From NCBI GenBank assembly GCA_965279515.1, contig CBDIID010000003.1, positions 2,144,001-2,208,000 on the forward strand: a stretch of DNA of 64,000 bases, read 5' to 3'. Positions 44,782-53,521 of the stretch are shown one piece after another. Origin of the DNA: Turneriella sp. (lineage in GTDB: Bacteria; Spirochaetota; Leptospiria; Turneriellales; Turneriellaceae). The notes beneath the pieces were generated by a model. The model was given only the letters and a program-made list of their open reading frames with translations, had not been told where the DNA came from and did not search any database. The position numbers were made by a program, and so were the translations under genes. Each line of letters starts with the position of its first letter. Position 1 is the stretch's first letter.

Positions 44782-45054
44782 TTATTTCGAAAATTTTCCG
44801 TTGCGGATTGTCAGCCGCTCGTTTTTAGTAGCGCTGATTTTATCGCTGCCGATATCAAACGTACAAAATGAATAACCGCAGAGACCGTAAAGTGATCCGC
44901 CCGAACCCAGCGTATGCTCTGAAATGCTGAGATTGCCTTCGCCCTGCACCTTGACTGTATACGACTTGCTATCCTGATTGATAACGTCCGTTGCGCTCAA
45001 TGCCGTGCCGATTGAAAGAGCGGCAAACACCGCCATAACGATTAATTTCTTCAT
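44782..45054 (-). CDS. Small secreted protein
   Basis: AAGGAG RBS; MKKLIV signal; INQDSKSY, CxxxxC. Confidence 0.75.
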   Translation of the reverse strand: MKKLIVMAVFAALSIGTALSATDVINQDSKSYTVKVQGEGNLSISEHTLGSGGSLYGLCGYSFCTFDIGSDKISATKNERLTIRNGKFSK

Positions 45055-45175
45055 AGTTTCTCCTTTAGGTAAGCTTATAACTAACCCACACATGTACGCC
45101 TGAAGCAGATCTGCGATGCCATTTTTTTGAAGACCTCTTGACACTCAATCCGACTTGCCGCTTTCTCTGACCTCC

Positions 45176-46447
45176 ATGGAAGCCGCCACCAAACAAAAAC
45201 AACCGCGCTTCCCTTTTTATCTGCAGATTCTCACCGCCGTAACGCTGGGCTCGCTCGCGGGAGTTTTTTTCGGCAAGGAATCTGCCCATTACTGGGCCAA
45301 TGACTCGCTGAGCGAAATCGGCCTCTCTGTCATCCGCCTGCTCAAGATTCTCGCGATACCGTTAATCCTCTTTGCGATCATCGACACGATCCTGAAGACG
45401 GAAATCACCGGCAAGAACGCGCTGAAAGTGGTCAGTATTTGCCTTTTTAATGTTTCGATCGCCATGGTGATCGGCCTTGTGATCCTCAATGTGTTTGAAC
45501 CCGGCAAACACTGGAAGGGCCGGTTTGCGGTAGAAACCAAGGCAGCCGCAGCGCCGCAAGAAGCCAGGGCGCAGCAACCGAAGACATCCCTCGACCCCAT
45601 CAAAGTATTCACGGGGCTCGTACCCGAATCCATCGTCGAACCCTTTGCGAAAAACAATACTCTGGGTGTGATCCTCGTCGCGCTGCTGTTCGGTTTTGCC
45701 TTCAAGGGCATGCGCAAAAGAGGCGAAGTCGAACGCATCCACGATATCGAAAAACTGGTCGAGACGCTGTTTAAGACCACGCTTACCGTAATCGGTTATG
45801 TCATCAAAATTATTCCCTATGCGGTGTTCTGCCTCGTCGGCGCCGCCGTCGGCAAGTCGGGGCTCGGCGTTTTTTCGATACTGTGGATATTTCTCGTAAC
45901 AATACTGGCCGGTTTTTTTGTGCACGCCTTCGTTTATTATCCGCTCATGGCTTGGCTCGTCGGCAAAAAATCGCCGCGCGTCTATCTCGGCAAAGGCGCC
46001 GACACGATCATCACGGCATTTTCGGTTAACAGCAGCCTTGCGACGATGCCGATGACACTCAAAACGCTGACACAGCGCATGGGGGTTTCTGAAACCTCGG
46101 CTCGCATGTCTGCGTGTTTCGCCACCAATCTCAACAACGACGGCATTACGCTCTATGAGGCGATGACCGCGATTTTTCTCACACAAGCTCTCGGTTTTGA
46201 CCTGCCGCTGTCGTCGCAGATCTTTATCGTGCTGGTATCGATCTTCGTCTCGATGGGCATCGCCGGTATTCCCGAAGCGGGGCTCATCATTCTGCCCCTC
46301 GTGCTCGGCGCTTCTGGCCTCAGCGACCACACGATTGCCATCGCCATTGCGCTGATCGTACCGATCGACTGGTTCATTGCACGGCTGCGCTCGGCGGTCA
46401 ACGTCATGAGTGATATGGTCGTGGCGATCATGCTCGATAAGGTTTAG
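45176..46447 (+). CDS. Dicarboxylate/amino acid:cation symporter (GltP/DctA family)
   Basis: TAFSVNSSLATMP, NLNNDG..LYE, GIAGIPEAG, IDW...RSAVNV. Confidence 0.92.
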   Translation: MEAATKQKQPRFPFYLQILTAVTLGSLAGVFFGKESAHYWANDSLSEIGLSVIRLLKILAIPLILFAIIDTILKTEITGKNALKVVSICLFNVSIAMVIGLVILNVFEPGKHWKGRFAVETKAAAAPQEARAQQPKTSLDPIKVFTGLVPESIVEPFAKNNTLGVILVALLFGFAFKGMRKRGEVERIHDIEKLVETLFKTTLTVIGYVIKIIPYAVFCLVGAAVGKSGLGVFSILWIFLVTILAGFFVHAFVYYPLMAWLVGKKSPRVYLGKGADTIITAFSVNSSLATMPMTLKTLTQRMGVSETSARMSACFATNLNNDGITLYEAMTAIFLTQALGFDLPLSSQIFIVLVSIFVSMGIAGIPEAGLIILPLVLGASGLSDHTIAIAIALIVPIDWFIARLRSAVNVMSDMVVAIMLDKV

Positions 46448-46514
46448 GGGGGATCTCCCCCGCAGCGCACCCCTTTTCGATTGACTTTATGCGTTCGATA
46501 ACGCGAAGCGAACC

Positions 46515-46904
46515 ATGATCGACCACACAGGCCTGCATATGAGCAACCCGGAAAAGAGCCGCGCCTTCTACGATAAGGCGCTCGCACCCTTAGGCTATAA
46601 ACTGCTCGCTGAAATACCCAAAGAGTTCACAGGCGGCCTCGTCGTGTTAGGTTATGGCGAACCACCGAAGCCCGATTTCTGGGTCGCACAGGGAACGGCC
46701 GAAACACCCAAGATACATATTGCTATCCGCGCGGCCAACCGCGCACAGGTCGATGCCTTTTACCAGGCAGCTATCGCTGCCGGCGGAAAAGACAACGGCG
46801 CGCCGGGGCTACGCCCCCACTACCATGAACACTATTACGGCGCCTTCGTGCTCGACCCCGACGGCCACAACATCGAAGCCGTCTGCCACGACGCCGTAGC
46901 TTAG
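46515..46904 (+). CDS. VOC/glyoxalase family protein
   Basis: MIDH, FY..AL.PLGY, GGKDNGAPGLRP, YYGAFVLDPDGHNIEAV. Confidence 0.92.
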   Translation: MIDHTGLHMSNPEKSRAFYDKALAPLGYKLLAEIPKEFTGGLVVLGYGEPPKPDFWVAQGTAETPKIHIAIRAANRAQVDAFYQAAIAAGGKDNGAPGLRPHYHEHYYGAFVLDPDGHNIEAVCHDAVA

Positions 46905-47716
46905 CGTATCATGCCGATCTGGCGTCGGCTGAGCATCAGGTGCGACAAAAAACACATGAGCGCAATCAGTGCCACATTGGCCGCAACGAGAATGAGTCCC
47001 TCGAGAAAAGCATCGCTGTTCACGATCTGCACCGGTAACTTCATCGGCGTATAGTTCAGCGCCGTCACAACACCGTGCTGCCCCAGCGCACCCGAGAGAG
47101 AACTCACCAGCGGAAAAATCATCATCTCAAGCACGCAGAGATACACGAGACTTAAAACGATGCCAATCGACGCCGAAACAGTCATGATCGAGATCATAAG
47201 CGCAATCGGAATCGCGGTAAGATAAAACAACATGTCGGCCGCAACCTGCCCAAAGGGGATATCCACCGATTGGCCTTCGATCAAGGCACGGATGCAATAG
47301 AAGATCGTCACCAGCACAATCTGCACAATGTAGACCCCCGTGGCGAGGGTGTAGAATGCTGCCAGTTTTGACATCAGGTAGGTGAGCGCCGTCTGGCCTT
47401 TGAGCTGAATCTGGTGGAAGGTTTTCCATTCAAATTCTTTGCCGACCTGGTAGGCGGCAACGAGCGCCGCGATCAGCGGATTCAGGTATTGCGAAAAGAA
47501 ATGGAAGATCTGCCATACCACTCCGAGATTCACCGGCGATGGTGTTGCACCCTTTTGCGTCGGCGCATTCTTACTGATCGCGACTTCGAGCACAAGCACG
47601 AGCGTAATCAGGGATAGCGTAATCGCGAGAAAGGTAACGTGGGTTTTGAGCTTAAAAAGCTTACGGATCTCCGCAAGGAAAGCGGCTGTGAGTTCTTGAA
47701 TGGCTTGCGATTTCAT
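46901..47716 (-). CDS. ABC-2 type transporter permease
   Basis: AEIRK, GKEFEWKT, SKL, six TMs; coupled to ATPase. Confidence 0.85.
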   Translation of the reverse strand: MKSQAIQELTAAFLAEIRKLFKLKTHVTFLAITLSLITLVLVLEVAISKNAPTQKGATPSPVNLGVVWQIFHFFSQYLNPLIAALVAAYQVGKEFEWKTFHQIQLKGQTALTYLMSKLAAFYTLATGVYIVQIVLVTIFYCIRALIEGQSVDIPFGQVAADMLFYLTAIPIALMISIMTVSASIGIVLSLVYLCVLEMMIFPLVSSLSGALGQHGVVTALNYTPMKLPVQIVNSDAFLEGLILVAANVALIALMCFLSHLMLSRRQIGMIR

Positions 47717-48621
47717 TTCTTGTCCTTTTGTGATTCGATAAGATTCATAAAGAAATTCTCGAGGCCTGCGTTCAGGCGGATAAACTCCTCGACGCGCAAC
47801 CCGCGGTCGAAAGCGGATTTCAGGAAATCAGAGGGATCGACTGCAGCATCGAGCATGATATTGAATGCCTGCTCGCCTTCTTTTTCACCGGGAGTTGCTC
47901 CCAGGTCTTTCAGGATTTTCGGCGCGATATCGGGGTTCTGCACCACGATACGGAAGGCATTACCTTCACGCGCGAGTCCCTTGACATCGCGCTTTGCCAG
48001 CAGCGAGCCGTTCTGCAGAATAGCAACGGTGTCGCAGATCTGCTCGACCTCGGGCAATAGATGGCTGCACAGAATCAGGGTCTTACCCATGCGCGTGATA
48101 TCCTTGAGAATCGTGCGCACCTGCACGATACCTTCGGGGTCGAGGCCGTTGGTGGGTTCGTCAAAAATCAGCAATTCGGGATCGTTCATCAGCGCGAGGG
48201 CAATCCCCAGGCGCTGCTTCATACCGAGCGAGAATGTGCTGAACGATTTTTTCTCAGCGGGATCGAGATCGACCATCTTCAGAAGTTCGTCGACCTTGTT
48301 CAAATCGACACCCGTAAACCGCGCAAAAAACAGTAAATTCTCGCGCGCTGAGAGCGAGGGGTAAAGCAGCGGGATCTCAATCAGCGAGCCGATACGGCGG
48401 CGCAGTGCGAAGCGGTTATTCCAGACCGGCAGACCGTCGATGGTGATTTCGCCTTCCGTCGGCTTCAGAAATCCGAGAATCAGCTGAATCAGCGTGGTCT
48501 TGCCTGAACCATTCGGCCCGAGAATACCCAGGCGCTGCCCGGGTTCGATTTTCAGAGAGACTTTGTCGACGGCGCGTTTTGAACCAAACAGCCGCGACAC
48601 TTCCTTAACTTCAATGACCAT
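47713..48621 (-). CDS. ABC transporter ATP-binding protein
   Basis: GPNGSGKTT, FSLGMKQR, DEPTNGLD, SH. Confidence 0.95.
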   Translation of the reverse strand: MVIEVKEVSRLFGSKRAVDKVSLKIEPGQRLGILGPNGSGKTTLIQLILGFLKPTEGEITIDGLPVWNNRFALRRRIGSLIEIPLLYPSLSARENLLFFARFTGVDLNKVDELLKMVDLDPAEKKSFSTFSLGMKQRLGIALALMNDPELLIFDEPTNGLDPEGIVQVRTILKDITRMGKTLILCSHLLPEVEQICDTVAILQNGSLLAKRDVKGLAREGNAFRIVVQNPDIAPKILKDLGATPGEKEGEQAFNIMLDAAVDPSDFLKSAFDRGLRVEEFIRLNAGLENFFMNLIESQKDKK

Positions 48622-49387
48622 AGGCCTCCTTAGACCGCCTGAGATAAAAAATCAGCGCCACACCGGTGGCGAACAAAAAGAAAGAATACCATTGCGCATC
48701 GGAAAAACTCAACCACACACCGCGCGCATCGCTTCGGAAAAACTCAACGCTGAAACGCCCTGCGCCGTAAAGCAGGGCATACACCGCCACGACAGAACCA
48801 GGCCGGCGATTCATCTTTAGCACGCCGAGCAGGATCAACGTCAGGGCGAGCAGCAATGCCGCTGAGGTCAGCTGAATGGGAAAAAGCGGCTGGCTCACAG
48901 CCGCCGCCGGAGCCATCGGATGCGTAAAATGTAGCGCAAGTGGGCCTTCATAATGCAAGCCATAACAACAGCCGGCAAGATGGCAGCCGACGCGCCCGAA
49001 GGCGAACCCCAAAGCGACACCGGGAATAAAGATATCGCCCAGTTTAAGGAGCGGAATTTTCCAGAAGCGGCTGACAAACAAGGCCGCGAAAAAACCGCCG
49101 AGAACGCCGCCCCAGCTGATGACCCCGAGGGGGAGATCCCAGAATTTTTTCAGCGCCATGCGCTCGGGTAAAAAGATTAAAAAATGCGTGAATAGAGAAA
49201 ACAGAATGCCACCGGCAACCAGCAGTGCAAGAATATTGACCGTATCAAAAACCTCGAGGCCACGTGTCCGCGCCAGGTATACAATTAAGACCGATGCCGT
49301 AAAGATGCCGATCACGGCTGCGACGCCGTAACTCGTGAAGGTGCGCGTCTCGCCGAAATAGTTAAATTGGAAAAGAACAGGATGCAT
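48611..49387 (-). CDS. lgt: Prolipoprotein diacylglyceryl transferase
   Basis: MHPVLF, SYG, WGG, GRVGCHLAGCCYG, P.QL, RF.VEFFR.D. Confidence 0.88.
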   Translation of the reverse strand: MHPVLFQFNYFGETRTFTSYGVAAVIGIFTASVLIVYLARTRGLEVFDTVNILALLVAGGILFSLFTHFLIFLPERMALKKFWDLPLGVISWGGVLGGFFAALFVSRFWKIPLLKLGDIFIPGVALGFAFGRVGCHLAGCCYGLHYEGPLALHFTHPMAPAAAVSQPLFPIQLTSAALLLALTLILLGVLKMNRRPGSVVAVYALLYGAGRFSVEFFRSDARGVWLSFSDAQWYSFFLFATGVALIFYLRRSKEAYGH

Positions 49388-49419
49388 AAAATGAAAAAGC
49401 CGGTCTGAGACCGGCTTTT
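49388..49419 (-). terminator. Intrinsic terminator-like hairpin directly upstream of lgt
   Basis: AAAAGCCGGTC-TGA-GACCGGCTTTT with TTTTTCATTTT on minus strand. Confidence 0.7.
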
Positions 49420-49441
49420 CCATCAAGACTGTAAAGTCAGA

Positions 49442-49777
49442 TTATTTATCTGCCTCTTTCATGCCTTTTTCGAGTTCTTGTTTCAGTTTTTCCTGAAATT
49501 TCGGATCGCCGAGTTCTTTCTCAAGTGCTTTCGCACCCTGTGTTACCATAATGACGCATGCGATGTACATGATCGCTGAAAGTACGGTACCGATAATGCT
49601 CATTACAAAACCCGCTGTTGCGGTTCCTGTCGGCTGGTTATCCGCTTTCGCTTTTTTACGTCCCAGTACCCCAAGAATGATACCGATCAAGCCAACGATT
49701 GCCCCGATAAACTGCAGACCGGGAATAATCGTAAAAACAAGGGATACAATCCCCAATACCAATGCTGCTACTGCCAT
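49442..49777 (-). CDS. DUF4190-like membrane protein
   Basis: MAVAALVLGIVS, GIILG, G.ATAG.V.SIIG. Confidence 0.8.
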   Translation of the reverse strand: MAVAALVLGIVSLVFTIIPGLQFIGAIVGLIGIILGVLGRKKAKADNQPTGTATAGFVMSIIGTVLSAIMYIACVIMVTQGAKALEKELGDPKFQEKLKQELEKGMKEADK

Positions 49778-49887
49778 TTTTCCTCCAGAGAAATTGCGTT
49801 TGTGGCGCTCAAGATTTGAGCGATACGCCGCACGTCAATCCCTTTGAGAATAATTTTATGGAAAACCGGGCGGGCCTACCTGCGTGG

Positions 49888-51141
49888 TTACGCAGTTCCG
49901 GCACGGTCTGATTCAAGAACACTGAAGAGTACACCCACCGCCAGCCAGAAAGTCATCTGCACAATCTCTGAGGTGAAGTGGCACTGCGTCATACCCATGA
50001 ACGCCATTAAAGGCAGGCACGTCGCTGCTGCGGCAGCCAGCGGGCGGTCGCTTTCGCGGCGGATGCGGAAACGTTCACGCAGGTAAATAAATCCACCGAA
50101 GAAATAATAGAACAGCTGCAAAATTAATCCCACAATACCGTAAAGCACCCAGGTATTGATGAAGTCGTTATGCATGTGCGAAGCTTCATTCCATTTTGTA
50201 TCGTATACGGCGACGCCGAATGCGCCTGGAACCTGGTAACGCCCGTACGCGAGGTTATAGCCGCGCTCGCCCCAGCCGATGACCGGTCGGTCTTTGATCA
50301 TCTGCGTGCCTGCCTGCCAGAGATCGCGGCGCTCGGCCTGAGAACCTGCATGCACGTCGGCAGGCGGCATTTTAAATTCCTGTGCAATCGTATCAGGAAT
50401 GCGCAAAACGATCAACACCCCGACGGTCAAAACTACCGCAACAAAAATGAAACGTTGTATCTTATTGTAGAGCTGAACGTAAATAAAAAGCGGAAAGACC
50501 AGCGCCGTAGTCGCAATTGCCCCACGCGACTTTGTCAGCCACAACCCAACCGCCGCGGCAAAAGTTAAGGCAAAAACAAACAATGCTTTTGACTTTTTGC
50601 CCGAATAATAATACGCGCAGGTCAAACCCGCTCCCAGCACAGTCGCCAATGCCGCCATACCGGCAAAATTAAGATGATGCATGCCGCTCAGACCGCGGCC
50701 GCGCACCATGTTCCAGAAATCAGCGCGCATTTTCCAGGCGCCGTAAGCGGATGAAATAGCGACGCCGGCGATGAAAAAACCGACAACAATCCAAAGCCGA
50801 CGGCGGTCAGACGCATAGAAATAAATAAACAGCGGAATGAGCATCAACCAGACTTCGCGCGCCTCAATGAGTTCGGCGACGGGAACCGGCGAAATCGCAA
50901 TATGGAATATACGCCAGGCAACCCACGCTAAAAAAGAAATATAGAGAATCCTGAGGCGCGGCGCCCCTGAAAGATTCAGTGTAGCGCGCCCACGCTTCGT
51001 AGCAATGGTCGCGATAAAGACCAGAAACGCCAGGCCTAAGCCGGTTTGGGCGATCGAAATAGAAAAAGCCAGGCCGAACGCAAAAAGACAGAGAAATGCA
51101 AAGGCAAGCTTTCCCGCAATAGTATTTTCCGAAGGTAACAT
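49888..51141 (-). CDS. O-antigen ligase (WaaL/Wzy_C) family
   Basis: Multi-TM; LTKSRG, R..LW......DRPVIGWG, HMHNDF...GIVGL. Confidence 0.88.
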   Translation of the reverse strand: MLPSENTIAGKLAFAFLCLFAFGLAFSISIAQTGLGLAFLVFIATIATKRGRATLNLSGAPRLRILYISFLAWVAWRIFHIAISPVPVAELIEAREVWLMLIPLFIYFYASDRRRLWIVVGFFIAGVAISSAYGAWKMRADFWNMVRGRGLSGMHHLNFAGMAALATVLGAGLTCAYYYSGKKSKALFVFALTFAAAVGLWLTKSRGAIATTALVFPLFIYVQLYNKIQRFIFVAVVLTVGVLIVLRIPDTIAQEFKMPPADVHAGSQAERRDLWQAGTQMIKDRPVIGWGERGYNLAYGRYQVPGAFGVAVYDTKWNEASHMHNDFINTWVLYGIVGLILQLFYYFFGGFIYLRERFRIRRESDRPLAAAAATCLPLMAFMGMTQCHFTSEIVQMTFWLAVGVLFSVLESDRAGTA

Positions 51142-52074
51142 TTAATTCCAGTAATTTTTATGCATGCTCAGGCGGCGGCTGAGGCGCGTGCCGAGCAGCG
51201 TAAATTTGCGACCTAACTTGTAACCTATAAATTTCGCGGCAATATGAAACGGCAATTTCAGCAGCGACCAGTAGGATTGATCCCGTAATAAAGCCAGGGC
51301 CTGCGCAAATACAAATCTTATTCCCTCTTTGTTAGCATTACCTGCCCGAAAAAGCAGATCGGCATGCAGGCTGTGAAAAACACCGATATCGAAATAGCGC
51401 CGGAACTCCTCTGCCGCGGAATAATTGTGCGAATGCCTGACATGCGCGCGCGGTTCGTAAGCGACGGCGCCACCCGCCTGTATCAGCCGCGCGGCGGCGT
51501 GCATATCTTCGCCCAGGATCAGCTTTTCAGCAAAACCACCAACGCGGGTCAGCGCGGCTTTATTCCAGACACAGAAACTGTTTGAGGTGAACCAGGTTTT
51601 GATACCCAAGAGCGGCGCATGCGCCATATCCTGGATGATGCGGGTATCCCCGTAATTAAAACCGCGCGCCGTCGCCGCCAGCGGGTTTGCATCCACGTGA
51701 GCGAGCTGCTTGCCATACGCGGCAACAATCCCGGGTGCCCGCGCTGCGGCCATGAGCTCTGCAAATGCCCGCTCATCTGCAGGGACAGCGTCCTGCGTCA
51801 GAAAGAGCACCCAGGGATGGCGTGCGGCCTTCAACGCCAGGTTACGTGTGCCGCCGTGATCGAATTGTGTCTTACTGACACGAAAAAACCGGGTCGATAT
51901 CTTCTTCAGTAGCGGCTTGATCTTCCCGATCACGCCATCGGTAGATTCCGTGTCATAGATCAGAATTTCGGCGGGCAGCAGGGATTGCCGCATCGCGGCA
52001 GCCATACACCGCATAAATAGCTCTCCGCCGTTGCGCACGGGAACAACGAGGGAAAACTTCTCAGTACGCGCCAC
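51142..52074 (-). CDS. Glycosyltransferase family 2 (rhamnosyltransferase-like)
   Basis: VPVRNG, STDG, FDHGGTRN, LTQDA, GEDM, HSHNY, RRYFDIG. Confidence 0.9.
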   Translation of the reverse strand: MARTEKFSLVVPVRNGGELFMRCMAAAMRQSLLPAEILIYDTESTDGVIGKIKPLLKKISTRFFRVSKTQFDHGGTRNLALKAARHPWVLFLTQDAVPADERAFAELMAAARAPGIVAAYGKQLAHVDANPLAATARGFNYGDTRIIQDMAHAPLLGIKTWFTSNSFCVWNKAALTRVGGFAEKLILGEDMHAAARLIQAGGAVAYEPRAHVRHSHNYSAAEEFRRYFDIGVFHSLHADLLFRAGNANKEGIRFVFAQALALLRDQSYWSLLKLPFHIAAKFIGYKLGRKFTLLGTRLSRRLSMHKNYWN

Positions 52075-53512
52075 GTTTCTTTAAGACAACGCCGAGTGTC
52101 TTGTACAGAATTACCAAATCGATGTAAAGCGACCAGTTAAACACATACCAGGTATCCATGTTTACCCTTTGCTCGTAACTGACATCGTTGCGCCCGCTGA
52201 TCTGCCAGAGGCCAGTCATGCCTGGCCTGACCAGCTTATAATAATCGCTTCTGTCTTTATAACGTGCCTTAAGCTCCGCTTCCGGCACCGGTCGCGGCCC
52301 GACGAGGCTCATTTCGCCTCTGAGCACATTGATAAGCTGCGGCAATTCATCGAGCGAGGTTTTGCGCAAAAAAGCACCGAGCCGGGTAACACGGGGATCG
52401 TTTTTGAGTTTGATCGTCTTTTTCCACTCGGCGCGGGCAGCGGCGCTGCTGGCCAAAAGCTCTTTCAGCCGCGCCTCGGCATCGGCGTACATGCTGCGGA
52501 ATTTATAAACACGGATAATTTTTCCATGCTGCCCGACGCGCTGTTGAGAAAACAGAGCCGGCCCCGGTGAGGTCAGCCGAATGATCGCGGCGATGACCAG
52601 CAGAATAGGAACGATGAAAGGGAGCGAAATCAACACCATAAAGTAATCGAACAACAGCTTACTGAATCGGGCGCCCCGTTCGCTCAACGTATTGCGCATC
52701 TTAATCAGGAACAGCTGGTTTACAAACAGGTGGTAGAGTTCTGAATTGAGAAGTGCGCCTGAACGCATTTCAGGAATCAGGAGGACATGATGCACATGCC
52801 GGTGCACCCGATCTGCCAGGGCGCTGATTTTTTCTCTACTTAGACCGGGAGCGGCGATCAGCGCACATTCAATACGACGTGATCGCAGAATCTCGGGTAA
52901 TTTCTGAATGTCTCCAGCGTATTTCAGATCATGCGAACCTGTCTTTTTCAGAAGATTCTTCTGGCTCTTGTCGACAGGAACAAAACCCTGATAGCAGTAT
53001 CCGAGTGTTTTCTCTGCTAATAACTCGTCTTTGATCTTGAGCGACGAGGCAACATCACCAACGATAATCAGATTCTGTCGTCCTAAGCCTATTCTATGCA
53101 GGATCATTTTTCCCCAATAGCGAAAGGCTCCTACAAATATGAATGCCAAAGGCGCCATAAATATAATAGTCAAACGACTTATCAGATTGGCTAACTTACC
53201 CACAGAAATCAAAGCAAAAAGCAGAATCGTCAGCATCGCAATCGATTTTGCTATGTCGCGCAATTCGTCGATGTAAGGTGCACGGCGGCTATAGAGGCCC
53301 TCGTAGAAAAAGATCAGGAGAAAAAGACCAGGCATAAAATAGAGATCGCCGAAACGCATGGCATCCCCGCCGAAATCAGGAATGACCCCGAAGGCACCGC
53401 CTAAAAAAATGCGGAGCTGGACGGCGCAAAAAAACGCCAGTGTGTACGCGGCAATGTCGATGCCGACTAACGAGAGTATATAGAGAAATTTTCCCGGCGC
53501 GCCGTACCGCAC
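52061..53512 (-). CDS. wbaP: Undecaprenyl-phosphate sugar phosphotransferase (WbaP type)
   Basis: YKFRSM, KLKNDPRVT..G.FLRKTSLDELPQ, MSLVGPRP, PGMTGLWQISGR. Confidence 0.9.
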   Translation of the reverse strand: MRYGAPGKFLYILSLVGIDIAAYTLAFFCAVQLRIFLGGAFGVIPDFGGDAMRFGDLYFMPGLFLLIFFYEGLYSRRAPYIDELRDIAKSIAMLTILLFALISVGKLANLISRLTIIFMAPLAFIFVGAFRYWGKMILHRIGLGRQNLIIVGDVASSLKIKDELLAEKTLGYCYQGFVPVDKSQKNLLKKTGSHDLKYAGDIQKLPEILRSRRIECALIAAPGLSREKISALADRVHRHVHHVLLIPEMRSGALLNSELYHLFVNQLFLIKMRNTLSERGARFSKLLFDYFMVLISLPFIVPILLVIAAIIRLTSPGPALFSQQRVGQHGKIIRVYKFRSMYADAEARLKELLASSAAARAEWKKTIKLKNDPRVTRLGAFLRKTSLDELPQLINVLRGEMSLVGPRPVPEAELKARYKDRSDYYKLVRPGMTGLWQISGRNDVSYEQRVNMDTWYVFNWSLYIDLVILYKTLGVVLKKRGAY

Positions 53513-53521
53513 AGCGTGGGC

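Noticed and set aside
45362..46330. 322-aa antisense ORF
   Set aside because: Shadow of the symporter gene
46447..46477. GGGGG-ATCT-CCCCC hairpin as terminator
   Set aside because: Short stem with no adjacent U-tract; too weak to call
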